Notes: a model not told the origin generated them from the sequence alone. Counted from the stretch's first letter, positions 1 through 9,970 are shown. The stretch: 64,000 nt of DNA from Weeksellaceae bacterium (GCA_041677705.1 JBAYPM010000005.1:23102-87101); one strand, 5' to 3'. Program-made: numbers and translations.

Positions 1-1
1 T

Positions 2-1210
2 GCTTCGGAAAGAATTTCTTTTCAGCTCAAAGGCTATATGAAACAGACGGTTGGAGCGATGAGCCACAGCAGCAAATACGAGAGCGTGATGACCACCTGG
101 AAGGAATTGAACAAACAAATCAGCGACGAATACATCAAATTTTCAAATGACGGAACCGGAAAGGAAATTGCGGCTTCGATTCCGGGCGGAAAAAATGATA
201 TGGAAACACTTGAAAATGTTTTCAATTATTTCAAAGCAAATTACAATTGGAATATGTATTACGGCATCAGCCCGAGAAAAACCAACCGAGAAGTTGAAAA
301 GACAAAATCCGGAAATTCGGCTGATTTGAATCTGCTGATGAATACGGTTCTGAAATCAAAAAATCTGAAACCCGAACTGGTGCTGATCAGTACCAGAAGA
401 AACGGAAAACCAATCGGGAATTATCCGTACCTCGGTCAATTTGATTCACTTGTGAATGCAATCAAAACTTCTGACGGTACACTTTATCTAATCGATGCAT
501 CCGATATGACTTTTGGTTTGGGTTATGCGCCATTGCAGAATTACAACTATTCGGGTCTGCTGGTAGACCCTCAAAAAGAGGGATTTATCGAGCTGATTCC
601 GCCGATTTCAGATTATCAGTCCACCCAAACTTATGTGGTGAAAGACAGCCATTTTGTGATGACCCGAATTGAAAAAAGGAGTGGGTATTTCAGACAGCAG
701 GACAGAAAAATTCCTGCCGGTATCATCAAATACAATCCGATTGCAAATTCTCTGGATTTACGGACAAATGAGATCAATGCTCAAACAAAAGATGCAGAAG
801 ACCATCAGATGGAAAGGATACAGTCAGAGACGGTTGATTTTGCAAATGCAAACTTTATTTCGTTTTCAAATCCGCTGAAAGAAATAATTTCGAGTTACAA
901 ATTATTTGAAAAAGACAGAGAAAGAGCACTCGAATTTGATTTTCCGTTTCATTACAATGTGAATGCTGTGCTCGATATTCCTGTAGGTTTCAAAGCTGAA
1001 ATTCCGGCGGGATATGACTCACAGTCAATGGCTTCAAACAGAGATCTGGGTTATATACAGTCGGCTGAAATCAAAAACGGAAAACTGATTCTGCATGTTG
1101 AATTCTATCTGGCAAAACCGGTTTTGTCAAAAAATTACAGTGAAATCAAATCGTTTTTTGACCAAATCATTCAGGATTCAAACCAATCACTGCTAATCAA
1201 AAAACAATGA
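2..1210 (+). CDS. DUF3857/transglutaminase-like/DUF3858 protein, 5'-truncated by window edge
   Basis: Frame is open from position 2 (ASERISFQLKGY...), aligning with AAEKIIFQRKGY of the next gene; shares the GNSADLNLLL transglutaminase-like segment (no catalytic Cys) and the C-terminus with it. Confidence 0.8.
   Translation, partial: ASERISFQLKGYMKQTVGAMSHSSKYESVMTTWKELNKQISDEYIKFSNDGTGKEIAASIPGGKNDMETLENVFNYFKANYNWNMYYGISPRKTNREVEKTKSGNSADLNLLMNTVLKSKNLKPELVLISTRRNGKPIGNYPYLGQFDSLVNAIKTSDGTLYLIDASDMTFGLGYAPLQNYNYSGLLVDPQKEGFIELIPPISDYQSTQTYVVKDSHFVMTRIEKRSGYFRQQDRKIPAGIIKYNPIANSLDLRTNEINAQTKDAEDHQMERIQSETVDFANANFISFSNPLKEIISSYKLFEKDRERALEFDFPFHYNVNAVLDIPVGFKAEIPAGYDSQSMASNRDLGYIQSAEIKNGKLILHVEFYLAKPVLSKNYSEIKSFFDQIIQDSNQSLLIKKQ
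1130..1194 (+). repeat. Direct repeat copy 1 (64/65 nt identical to 3019..3083)
   Basis: aaaaattacagtgaaatcaaatcgttttttgaccaaatcattcaggattcaa[a/g]ccaatcactgct present at the 3' end of both paralogs. Confidence 0.9.
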
Positions 1211-3099
1211 AACTGATCTGTTCCTTTTTGGCTTTATCGATTTATGTTTCAGTATTTTGTCAGCTCAACCCAAAGACGAAATGGGGAAATGTAAATCAGT
1301 CGGAATTTGATTATACAGAGGTTCCGTATGAGAAAGATGCTTCTGCTGTTATTCTGTACGAAAAAGGTGAGTTTACAATTGCAAGACTCGACAATGAGAA
1401 CAAAATATACAGACGAATCAAGATTCTGACCGAGGAAGGAAAAAAATATGCGACTCAGGAAATTTTCTATTACGATTTTTATCCGTTTGACGAAATCAGA
1501 AATATCAAAGCACAGTCAATCAATCTGGTGGATGGGAAAATTGTAAAAACGGCTGTCAAAAACAGTGAAATTTTCACTTCCGAGACCAGCGATTTGGGAA
1601 GATCGATCCGTTTTGCGATCCCAAATGTAAAGGTCGGTACCATTATAGAAGTCGAATTTTCTTCATTTGGCATCAACAATTATGCTATCGAACCCTGGGA
1701 ATTTCAGCACGAGATTCCAACACTGTACAGCACTTTTGAAATGAATGTTCAGGCGCCGGTCGATTATACTCCGATTTGCTTGGGTGAGAAAATTGTAAAG
1801 TACGCAAAAGAAAATCAGAGAAAAAGAGAATATCTGAATGTTTGGACGGTTGAAGATCTGCCGAGTATCGAAAAAATTGAACTTGTGTATAACAAGCGAG
1901 ATGCAGCCGAAAAAATAATCTTTCAACGGAAAGGATACCGAAATATCAATTTTGATTATGTAAAAGAGGTGACGTCCTGGTTTGACTTGAGAAACAGCAT
2001 CATTGAATCAAATTCAAAAATGATCAGTCAGACAGTTGTCAATAAAATTTCGCTCAATATTTCACCGGGTCTTGACGAGCAGGATCAGTTAGAGAAGGTG
2101 CTGAAATATTTCAGAGACAATTTTAAATGGAACAATGGATACAGAGTTCAGCCTTTCCGCTCATTTGCCGATATTGAAAAAGAAAAAAAGGGAAATTCGG
2201 CCGATCTCAATCTGCTGTTAAATCAGCTGCTCAAAAAGAAAAACATTCAATCGGAGCTGGTGCTGGTCAGTCAGCGGGACAACGGAAGGGTAAAAGTGAT
2301 TTCTCCTTTTGCCAATCAGTTCAATACCATTGTCAATCTGGTCAAAATGAAGGATGGCAGAACAATTTTTATTGATGCCGCATATCTTCCGATCAAGGAT
2401 TACGATTTTATGCCTTTGATCAATTTCAACCAATACGGACTGATTCTCGACACCGGCGCAGACCGCTTTATCTTGATGAATCCGCCGAATTCAGAATACC
2501 ATTCGGTTCAAAATTACAGTCTGAAAGACGGAAAATTTATCTATGTCAGAAATGACAAAAAAAGCGGATATTTCAAAAAAGATCTGTCTGAACTGTCCAA
2601 AAAATGGAGAAAATACAACGAACAGACACAGGGTCTTGATTTATTTTTTAAAGATGTAAAAACGGATTTCAAAGAATCGGATGAAAATAGTTTTGAGATG
2701 GAACGAATGATTTCGGAGTCGCCAAAATTAGGAGGCAACAGTTTCTATCAGATCGAAAATCCGCTGAAACCCGTGATTTCTCAGTTCAAACTTTATGAAG
2801 CGGATCGGGAAAGACCGCTTGAATTTAATTTTCCTTTTTTTTACAAAACCGATCTGATCATCGACATTCCAGACGGTTATCGGGTCGAAATTCCGGAAGC
2901 TTATCAATCTCAAATCCAAACCGGTTCTAAGGAACTGATGTATTATCAGAATGCGGAAGTTGAAAACGGAAAACTGAAAATGCATTTTGAATTTTTGCTC
3001 TTACAATCGGTTTTTGACAAAAATTACAGTGAAATCAAATCGTTTTTTGACCAAATCATTCAGGATTCAAGCCAATCACTGCTGCTGAAAAAATTATAA
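1207..3099 (+). CDS. DUF3857/transglutaminase-like/DUF3858 secreted protein
   Basis: Signal peptide, YEKDASAVILYEKG, RFAIPNVKVGTIIE, PWEFQHEIP, KKGNSADLNLLL motifs; ATGA overlap with upstream paralog. Confidence 0.85.
   Translation: MKLICSFLALSIYVSVFCQLNPKTKWGNVNQSEFDYTEVPYEKDASAVILYEKGEFTIARLDNENKIYRRIKILTEEGKKYATQEIFYYDFYPFDEIRNIKAQSINLVDGKIVKTAVKNSEIFTSETSDLGRSIRFAIPNVKVGTIIEVEFSSFGINNYAIEPWEFQHEIPTLYSTFEMNVQAPVDYTPICLGEKIVKYAKENQRKREYLNVWTVEDLPSIEKIELVYNKRDAAEKIIFQRKGYRNINFDYVKEVTSWFDLRNSIIESNSKMISQTVVNKISLNISPGLDEQDQLEKVLKYFRDNFKWNNGYRVQPFRSFADIEKEKKGNSADLNLLLNQLLKKKNIQSELVLVSQRDNGRVKVISPFANQFNTIVNLVKMKDGRTIFIDAAYLPIKDYDFMPLINFNQYGLILDTGADRFILMNPPNSEYHSVQNYSLKDGKFIYVRNDKKSGYFKKDLSELSKKWRKYNEQTQGLDLFFKDVKTDFKESDENSFEMERMISESPKLGGNSFYQIENPLKPVISQFKLYEADRERPLEFNFPFFYKTDLIIDIPDGYRVEIPEAYQSQIQTGSKELMYYQNAEVENGKLKMHFEFLLLQSVFDKNYSEIKSFFDQIIQDSSQSLLLKKL
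3019..3083 (+). repeat. Direct repeat copy 2
   Basis: Matches 1130..1194 with one mismatch. Confidence 0.9.
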
Positions 3100-4074
3100 A
3101 TCGGAAACCATCAGATTGCAGCCTCTGACATCAGAATGATCAAAACGACCAACCACTTCAAACGAGCCGTCGGGATTTGATTTTCCCAAATCGTCGGTGG
3201 CAATGAAGCTGCAGGAATTGAGATTGGCGAGGTCTATTGCATTGATTCCGCCGGTTTTTCCAACTGCTGAATAAGAAAGCGGATCTTCGGTGTCACGGAT
3301 CAGAACCTTCATCCAGGGCGGCGTTACAAATCCGGCACCGTCGTCTGAATAGGCCTGAGAAAGCAGCTCGGTCATACCGTATTCGGAATGGATTTTATCA
3401 ACACCAAAACCGTTTCTCAATATCAAATGCAGTTCGTCTCGTGTGATTTCCTTTTTCCGGCCTTTCATTCCGCCGGTTTCCATCACGATGGTATTTTTCA
3501 GGTTCATTTTGTAATTCTCAACAAAATCAATCAACGCAAATGAGACACCAATCAGAATTGATTTTCTTCCCTCCTTTTCGCTGTTGACCAGACCACGATA
3601 CAATTCATCATGATTGTACAGATAAAATCCGCCACTTCCCGACTGTGCAATCCAAAATTCAACCATATCGATCAGCGACGAACCGCTCCTTTCCAGATAG
3701 GAAGGCAAAAGTCCGAAAATGGTGTAGTCCGAAAAATCTCCGTAGAAATGTTTGAAACTGTGATTCAGACTTTCTCTGTAGAAATCAAGATTTGTAACCA
3801 AATGCCTGCTCTGTTCAGTTCCTGAAGTACCCGAACTGGTGAAGGTTTTTTCAACCTTCTGGTTTCCTGTAATCACCCGATGGCTTTTAAAAAATCGGAT
3901 CGGTAAAAAAGGAATATTTTCAATTGATTTGATTTGATTGGGATCAACTCTAAGATAACCGATAAATTCAGCATACACCGGATTGTTTTTTGCCTGAAAA
4001 TTGAAGACTTCCATTGCGGCTTCTCCAAATTCACGACGGTTTCGGATATTGAAAATCTGATCCTTTGAAATCAT
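3094..4074 (-). CDS. LuxE/PaaK-like acyl-protein synthetase (acyl transferase)
   Basis: FTSSGTSG P-loop, METGGMKGR, SEYGMTELLSQAY, GRFDHSDVRGCNL. Confidence 0.85.
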   Translation of the reverse strand: MISKDQIFNIRNRREFGEAAMEVFNFQAKNNPVYAEFIGYLRVDPNQIKSIENIPFLPIRFFKSHRVITGNQKVEKTFTSSGTSGTEQSRHLVTNLDFYRESLNHSFKHFYGDFSDYTIFGLLPSYLERSGSSLIDMVEFWIAQSGSGGFYLYNHDELYRGLVNSEKEGRKSILIGVSFALIDFVENYKMNLKNTIVMETGGMKGRKKEITRDELHLILRNGFGVDKIHSEYGMTELLSQAYSDDGAGFVTPPWMKVLIRDTEDPLSYSAVGKTGGINAIDLANLNSCSFIATDDLGKSNPDGSFEVVGRFDHSDVRGCNLMVSDL

Positions 4075-4129
4075 CTGACAAAGTTAACCATTGTCAGCAA
4101 TCGGATGGCAGTCTGAAAATAAAAAGAGG

Positions 4130-4873
4130 TTATTTGAAAATCAATTCGGCTTCGGTTATGCTTTCGGGCTTTCCGACATCGATCAGATGACTGCCGCTGT
4201 GGTCAAAACCGAGTATTTCTTCGGTTTTCATCAGTTCCATATAGGTTTTCATGATCGAAAATTTTCCGGACGAAGGCATCATCTCAAAAATCCTCGGATT
4301 GATGATGTGGATACCGCTGAATGCCATCTCTTTCAACGGTTCGTCTGTGGTCAGAATTTCCTCTCCCGTATTGAGGTTCTTCCATCCGGCAAGCTGTCTG
4401 TTTTTTTTGAACAGCAGTTTCCGGCTACTGTCTCGGTCAGAAACCGCAAGTGTGACCAATGGCTGATACTGATAATGAAACTGAATCAGATCTTCGAGAT
4501 TCAGATCGGTAAGTATGTCCACATTCATCACCAGAAAAGACTGGTCGCCGATCATCTCTTTTGCTTTGACCAGACCGCCGCCGGTTTCGAGCAGTTCTGC
4601 GGTTTCATCCGAAATCTGAATATGGATACCAAAATTGCTGTTTTGTTTTAAAAAATCGATGATCTGATCTGCAAAATGATGAACATTGATCGTCAGTTCG
4701 GTTACTCCGATTGTTTTCAGATACTCAATATTTCGTTGCAAAAGCGTCTTTCCGTTCACTTCTGCAAGCGCCTTGGGATGATGGTCGGTAAAAGGTTTCA
4801 GCCGAGTTCCCATTCCGGCAGCGAAGATCATTGCTTTTGGGAGGCCGGCGGTGATTAGTTGTGATCTGTTCAT
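4130..4873 (-). CDS. murU: Nucleotidyltransferase, MurNAc-alpha-1-phosphate uridylyltransferase-like
   Basis: AMIFAAGMGTRLKPFT...PKAL, LETGGGL, NVDILTD; in operon with amgK-like kinase. Confidence 0.8.
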   Translation of the reverse strand: MNRSQLITAGLPKAMIFAAGMGTRLKPFTDHHPKALAEVNGKTLLQRNIEYLKTIGVTELTINVHHFADQIIDFLKQNSNFGIHIQISDETAELLETGGGLVKAKEMIGDQSFLVMNVDILTDLNLEDLIQFHYQYQPLVTLAVSDRDSSRKLLFKKNRQLAGWKNLNTGEEILTTDEPLKEMAFSGIHIINPRIFEMMPSSGKFSIMKTYMELMKTEEILGFDHSGSHLIDVGKPESITEAELIFK

Positions 4874-4889
4874 GAGTTTGATTTTGTTG

Positions 4890-4911
4890 GATGTTGGGCG
4901 TGGGATGTTGG
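4890..4911. repeat. Left arm of 22-bp inverted repeat (7-mer units) flanking four-helix-bundle gene
   Basis: gatgttgggcgtgggatgttgg is the reverse complement of 5307..5328 at 20/22 positions. Confidence 0.85.
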
Positions 4912-4930
4912 GTGAATTTGATGTTCATCA

Positions 4931-5284
4931 TTATTCGACCTTTTTTCTGAATGAAATAATCGTATTCATCAATTTATATGAAAATTCATAAACTGATTTA
5001 AACTCAGTTTCATCGATATAATTTCTTTCCTTAGCCTTGTACAGGCAAGTTACAACTTCTGCTGTTGATCTGATGGAATAACCCAAGAATCTTTGAAATT
5101 CCAATTTTGACTGAAGTATAGAACCTTCTGCGATATTTAGGGCAATTGAATCTGCGGCACGTTGAATCTGAGAGGTTAAATTAAATTTTTCAGTTTCAGA
5201 AAACTTTTTGGAAAGTTGAAATATTAATTCTCCAAACTTCATTGATTCCTGCCAGATAATCAATTTTTCAAATTTAAAACTCAT
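4931..5284 (-). CDS. Four helix bundle protein (23S rRNA IVS-like / TIGR02436 family)
   Basis: MSFKFEKLIIWQ...EKFNLTSQIQRAADSIALNIAEG...FLGYSIRSTAEV; start placed at ATG 5284 because the longer track start only translates the repeat arm. Confidence 0.9.
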   Translation of the reverse strand: MSFKFEKLIIWQESMKFGELIFQLSKKFSETEKFNLTSQIQRAADSIALNIAEGSILQSKLEFQRFLGYSIRSTAEVVTCLYKAKERNYIDETEFKSVYEFSYKLMNTIISFRKKVE

Positions 5285-5306
5285 ATCTAATTTTTTTAGT
5301 ATCCAT

Positions 5307-5328
5307 CCAACACCCCACGCCCAACACC
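5307..5328. repeat. Right arm of 22-bp inverted repeat
   Basis: ccaacaccccacgcccaacacc, continuing as ccacatcc in 7-nt register. Confidence 0.85.
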
Positions 5329-5344
5329 CCACATCCGGGCAAAT

Positions 5345-5761
5345 TCAATTTTTCCAATTCTTTCCGTCCTGAACTACGTGCTCAACCGTAATATTTATTC
5401 CCGAAAACTTTCCTGTCAGATGTTCGGCAGTCCGGTCAGCCGAATAAACCGATCTGTGCTGACCGCCGGTACAGCCAAAATTAACTTCAAGATTTGTAAA
5501 TCCTCTGTTTAAATAATCTTCAATCGTCAGATCCAAAAGCCGATAAACAGCATCCAGGAATTCGTGAATTTTGGTTTTACTTTCCAGAAATTCAATCACC
5601 TCCCCGTCCCTTCCGGTCAGTCGTTTGTATCCTTCAAATCTTCCGGGATTCAGTATGCCTCGACAGTCAAATACAAAACCGCCGCCGTTGCCTGAAGGGT
5701 CAGCGGGAATTCCGTTTTTGTACGAAAAACTTCTGATGTTGATATTCAGCTTATTATCCAT
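5345..5761 (-). CDS. RapZ C-terminal-domain protein (stand-alone)
   Basis: SFSYKNGIP, GGGFVFDCR..NPG, FGCTGGQHRSV. Confidence 0.9.
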   Translation of the reverse strand: MDNKLNINIRSFSYKNGIPADPSGNGGGFVFDCRGILNPGRFEGYKRLTGRDGEVIEFLESKTKIHEFLDAVYRLLDLTIEDYLNRGFTNLEVNFGCTGGQHRSVYSADRTAEHLTGKFSGINITVEHVVQDGKNWKN

Positions 5762-6773
5762 TAATTTTTTGTTTTAATTCAATAAAAAATTCAGGTTCGG
5801 CCAGTTTTCCAATCACAGATTTCAGTTCGGAATATTGATTGATCTGATCAAGATTTTTGATCTCATTCAAATTTTTTAAACCAAATTCAATGCTTTTCAA
5901 AAAATGGGGTTTTCGTTCATAAATTCCTCTGAAACCATAAGTTCCCAGCACCTGAATCAGTCTTTCAATCAGACAGAGCTGATAGCCTTTTTGGAATTCG
6001 GATTTGTCAACATTATTTTGACCGATTTGATTCAATTCATTCAAATACAGATCATAAAATTCCTGTTTCCATTCATTTGAAAGATTTGCCTTTGCCTGCC
6101 AGATCAGCGAAACCAAATCATACTGAACCGGTCCTTTCAGTCCGCCCTGATAATCTATAAAATAAGGCTGATCGTTTTGAACCATTATATTTCTGGATTG
6201 AAAATCACGAAATACAAAAAAACGGTTTGGGATTTTCTCAAAATCATAAGCGAATTTCTCAAAATCCTGAAGCAGTTTTCCGTGATTGAATTCAATTTCT
6301 GTCAGATTCAGAAAATAATTTTTAAACGAAAACAAATCTCTTAAAACCAGCAGGTAATTGAATTCGGGATAGCTGAAACATTTTGAATAATCAAGCCCTT
6401 TGTCACCACAAACCTGTAATCTCACCAATTGTCGGATTGATTTTATTAAAATTTCTTTTGACTTTTCTCTGTCATTTTCAATCAGGTTCATCAGCGACAG
6501 GTTGCCCAGATCGGTTTGTGTATAAATGCTGAAATCATCCGAAACCTGATCGATTTTTGGCAGATGATCTGTGATTTTTGAAAAATGAGAAGTAAAATAA
6601 ACAAAGGTTTTGTTTTCCTCAATATTGTCGCTTTGGGTCAGAATCAGTGAGTTGTCCTGAAATTCAAAACGATAATATTTTCTTGAAGAACCGCTCTGTG
6701 CCAACGGAATCAGCGAGTCGGCAGCCTCCGAATTGTAGTGGTCGACCAAAAAATTTTGAAGTTCTGTATCCAT
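5754..6773 (-). CDS. amgK: Aminoglycoside-phosphotransferase-family kinase, anomeric MurNAc/GlcNAc kinase-like
   Basis: SGSSRKYYR, RDFQSRNIM, IDYQGG, YDLVSL; clustered with murU-like gene. Confidence 0.8.
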   Translation of the reverse strand: MDTELQNFLVDHYNSEAADSLIPLAQSGSSRKYYRFEFQDNSLILTQSDNIEENKTFVYFTSHFSKITDHLPKIDQVSDDFSIYTQTDLGNLSLMNLIENDREKSKEILIKSIRQLVRLQVCGDKGLDYSKCFSYPEFNYLLVLRDLFSFKNYFLNLTEIEFNHGKLLQDFEKFAYDFEKIPNRFFVFRDFQSRNIMVQNDQPYFIDYQGGLKGPVQYDLVSLIWQAKANLSNEWKQEFYDLYLNELNQIGQNNVDKSEFQKGYQLCLIERLIQVLGTYGFRGIYERKPHFLKSIEFGLKNLNEIKNLDQINQYSELKSVIGKLAEPEFFIELKQKING

Positions 6774-6967
6774 CCGAAACTTTGCCCAAAGTTAGCAATT
6801 TTGAAACTGAAAAATAAGGAATAACAGTAACTTAAACCTGAATAGTATCAATTTTTCATAAATTTATTAACCGCAATTTATTTGGGCACAGTTATTGGAA
6901 AGTTCGGGAGGTTTTTAGATTTTTAAACAGTAAAAAGAAAAATAATCAATCAAATAAGAACCAAAAA

Positions 6968-7768
6968 ATGTATTGTATGAAAACAACAATTTTCAATCTG
7001 ATTTTGGCTGCCGGCCTCAGTTTAATGAGCTGCTCGCCGCAATCAATCTCATCAACAGTAGAAAATGAACCAAATCTTCAACTCAATGATGAACACAATT
7101 CACAAAATTCGCTTGACTGGTCCGGAAGCTATACCGGCGTTGAACCCTGTGCGGACTGTGAAGGAATCAGGACCACACTGAAAATCAGTGAGGATGGAAA
7201 TTACACTTTGGCATCAGAATATCTGGGAAAAGACAAACCGACTGTCAATGTTCAAAACGGAAAATTCAGCTGGATAGACAGAAATACAATTGAGCTGGAC
7301 GGTTTCAAACCGGGTGAAGGTTCACCTTATTTCAAAGTTGAGGAAAACAAAGTGAGACATCTGGACACCGAAGGAAAGATTATTGGTGGCGGTCTTGCCA
7401 ATCATTATGTGCTGAACAAAACCGGAAATCCTGAAGCTGAAGACATCAGATGGGAAATAACTGAATTGTACGGAAAACCAATCAACGGAAATCCTGAAAA
7501 TTATTATCTGATTTTCAATTCTGAAAAAGGAAATCTGAATGCAAAGGCAAACTGCAATACGATGACCATGCCGTATGTAATCGAAAACAGGTACAAACTG
7601 ACCGTCGGAGACGGAATTTCAACCCTGATGGCCTGTTCTGACTCAAACGATGAATCCAATCTGGTAAAAGCATTGAAGCAGGCAGACAATATCTCTGTCG
7701 GAAACGGAGTCTTGACACTCAACAAAGCAAGAATGACACCTTTGGCGAAATTTAAAAAAGCAGAATAA
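6968..7768 (+). CDS. Lipoprotein with NlpE N-terminal (copper resistance) and META domains
   Basis: Lipobox LSLMSC, SLDWSGSYTGVEPCADCEGI, C-terminal ANCN...STLMAC. Confidence 0.85.
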   Translation: MYCMKTTIFNLILAAGLSLMSCSPQSISSTVENEPNLQLNDEHNSQNSLDWSGSYTGVEPCADCEGIRTTLKISEDGNYTLASEYLGKDKPTVNVQNGKFSWIDRNTIELDGFKPGEGSPYFKVEENKVRHLDTEGKIIGGGLANHYVLNKTGNPEAEDIRWEITELYGKPINGNPENYYLIFNSEKGNLNAKANCNTMTMPYVIENRYKLTVGDGISTLMACSDSNDESNLVKALKQADNISVGNGVLTLNKARMTPLAKFKKAE

Positions 7769-7790
7769 ACAATAACACATTCACTGATCA

Positions 7791-7818
7791 AAGCCCTGAA
7801 TTTTTCGGGCTTTTTTTT
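7791..7818 (+). terminator. Rho-independent terminator
   Basis: aagccctgaa-ttt-ttcgggctt hairpin followed by T run. Confidence 0.7.
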
Positions 7819-7875
7819 GACCTTTTTTGATTGAACTTTGATTTGAATCGTTTCCGGATGATATGAAAAAAAGTT

Positions 7876-8790
7876 ATGAATTATTTCTTATTTTTGAACC
7901 GACTTATAATCAATTTTCGGGTGAAAAAAAAGATTAGAATTTTCAGAGCTGCGCTAAGAAGCATTCAAAATCAATATGTCGGGAAACCGTCAAAAAAACT
8001 CAAATTCAGCTTTCTGGTTATCCTTCACTATTTTTATAAAACCATTGGAATCAAAAAAAAGGTCAATTTTCCTGAATCAAAATTCAAATTGCAGAACATC
8101 ACACTGATCACCCGACCCGATACCATCGACTTTTGGGCCTGTCTTGAATCTTATGAACCCGATCTGACTTACTTTCTGACTGAAATCATTAAAAATCAAA
8201 AAGGAAATTTTATCGACATCGGCGGTCACATCGGCCGTTTTACGGTGCTGATGGCAAAAAGCGGATGGAAAACAATCACTTTTGAACCGATGGAGTCCAA
8301 TTACAACAGTCTGATCAGAAATCTTGAATTCAACGACTGTCAGAAAAACGCAATCGTTTACAATCTTGGTCTGAGTGAAGAAAACCGAACTCAGACGATT
8401 TATTTTGACCCGCGCGAAATGGGTGAAGCTTCTGTGATGAATACAAATCAAGGTTCGGAAACTCAAATTCGGATAGTTCGTTTTGATGATTTTATGAAGG
8501 ATACTGAATTTGAAGATTTCTGTATGGTCAAAATGGACATTGAAGGAAATGAAGAAAGAGCGATCAACGGAATGCGAAATTTTCTGACCCAACACAAACC
8601 GCTGCTGGTCATCGAGCTTTGGAAAGAACATTCAAAAACGCTGATTCCTTATTTGAAATCATTGGGTTACAAAAGACTTCATATCTTCTGGTACATCGAA
8701 CAAAAACACGGCGGTCCGATCGGTGAGATGAGAAAACTTTATGAAAATTCCGGCATGAAACTGAATGAAGAAGGTGAACTTTTGAACTGA
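7876..8790 (+). CDS. FkbM family methyltransferase
   Basis: FIDIGGHIG, FEP, KMDIEGNE. Confidence 0.85.
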   Translation: MNYFLFLNRLIINFRVKKKIRIFRAALRSIQNQYVGKPSKKLKFSFLVILHYFYKTIGIKKKVNFPESKFKLQNITLITRPDTIDFWACLESYEPDLTYFLTEIIKNQKGNFIDIGGHIGRFTVLMAKSGWKTITFEPMESNYNSLIRNLEFNDCQKNAIVYNLGLSEENRTQTIYFDPREMGEASVMNTNQGSETQIRIVRFDDFMKDTEFEDFCMVKMDIEGNEERAINGMRNFLTQHKPLLVIELWKEHSKTLIPYLKSLGYKRLHIFWYIEQKHGGPIGEMRKLYENSGMKLNEEGELLN

Positions 8791-9744
8791 TCAGCTTTCA
8801 ACCCCCAATTTAATTTTTAGATTTTCGAGCATTGCGCGGCACATTGCATCCAGATCGAATTCGGGTTTCCAGTTCCAGTCTTTTTGAGCAATCGAATCAT
8901 CGATGCTCGCCGGCCAGGTATCCGCAATCGCCTGTCTGAAATCGGGTTTGTAACTGATTTCAAAATCGGGCAGGTATTTCCGGATCGCTTCAGTCAGCTG
9001 TTTGGGTGAAAAACTCAATGCATTCAGATTGTATGAAGTTCTGATGCTCAATTTTTCGGCATCAGCCTGCATCAGCTCGATGGTCGCACGGATTGCGTCA
9101 TCCATATACATCATTGGCAATGCGGTTTCTTCTGAAAGAAAACATTCATATTTTTCGGTTTCCAGTGCCTGATAAAAAATATCGACTGCATAATCGGTCG
9201 TTCCTCCGCCCGGCATAGTTTTCCAACTGATCAGTCCCGGATAACGTATGCTTCTGACATCGACTCCGTATCTTTTGTGGTAATAATTGCACCAAAATTC
9301 ACCGGCTCTTTTTGAAATTCCGTAAACGGTAGTCGGTATGGCAAGCGCATTTTGTTCTGTATTATGTTTCGGCGTGTCGGCTCCAAAAATTGCAATACTG
9401 CTCGGCCAGTACAATTGCAAAATCTTTTTTTCGCGTGCCAGTTCCAGAAAATGCAAAAGAGAATTCATATTCAGATCCCAGGCTTTCATCGGGATTTTTT
9501 CGGCAGTCGCAGAAAGCATCGCTGCCAGATGGTAAACGGTGTCGATCTGATGTTTTTGAACCATTTCCGAAATTCTTTCAGTATCGTTTACATCCAGCTT
9601 TTCGTAATATTCATCAGTCGTCTCTGTGGTCTCTTTCAGGTCGGTCGAAAGCACATTTTGATTTCCGTAAATTTTTCTCAGTGATGCAACGAGCTCAGAG
9701 CCGATTTGACCAAGCGCTCCGGTTACCATAATTTTTTTTGACAT
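8791..9744 (-). CDS. NAD-dependent epimerase/dehydratase, SDR-type L-threonine 3-dehydrogenase-like
   Basis: GALGQIG, HLAAMLSATAE, YGISK, PGGGTTDYAV. Confidence 0.85.
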   Translation of the reverse strand: MSKKIMVTGALGQIGSELVASLRKIYGNQNVLSTDLKETTETTDEYYEKLDVNDTERISEMVQKHQIDTVYHLAAMLSATAEKIPMKAWDLNMNSLLHFLELAREKKILQLYWPSSIAIFGADTPKHNTEQNALAIPTTVYGISKRAGEFWCNYYHKRYGVDVRSIRYPGLISWKTMPGGGTTDYAVDIFYQALETEKYECFLSEETALPMMYMDDAIRATIELMQADAEKLSIRTSYNLNALSFSPKQLTEAIRKYLPDFEISYKPDFRQAIADTWPASIDDSIAQKDWNWKPEFDLDAMCRAMLENLKIKLGVES

Positions 9745-9918
9745 AATTCTCTTTTAAAAAAGTAGTACAAAGATAAGATTTAAACCAAAATCGGCTGACA
9801 AAAAAACAGGCTTTAATTCAATGATAAAATTCAAGGATCGGAATTGAAAAAACCGGCTTCAATTATTGTTTTCTGTCATTTGGCTCATTTCAAATCAGCA
9901 AACAATAAACTATTTTGC

Positions 9919-9926
9919 TAAATTTG
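9919..9926 (+). promoter_or_regulatory. Bacteroidota -7 promoter box (TAnnTTTG)
   Basis: taaatttg about 45 nt upstream of the M13 peptidase ATG. Confidence 0.55.
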
Positions 9927-9970
9927 TATCCTTAATCTTATCAAATAACCGATACAACAAATCCAATCAA

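Noticed and set aside
5285-5332. 16-aa N-terminal extension (MGCWAWGVGW...) of the four-helix-bundle ORF
   Set aside because: It is just the translation of the repeat arm; the family-typical start is MSFKFEKL at 5284
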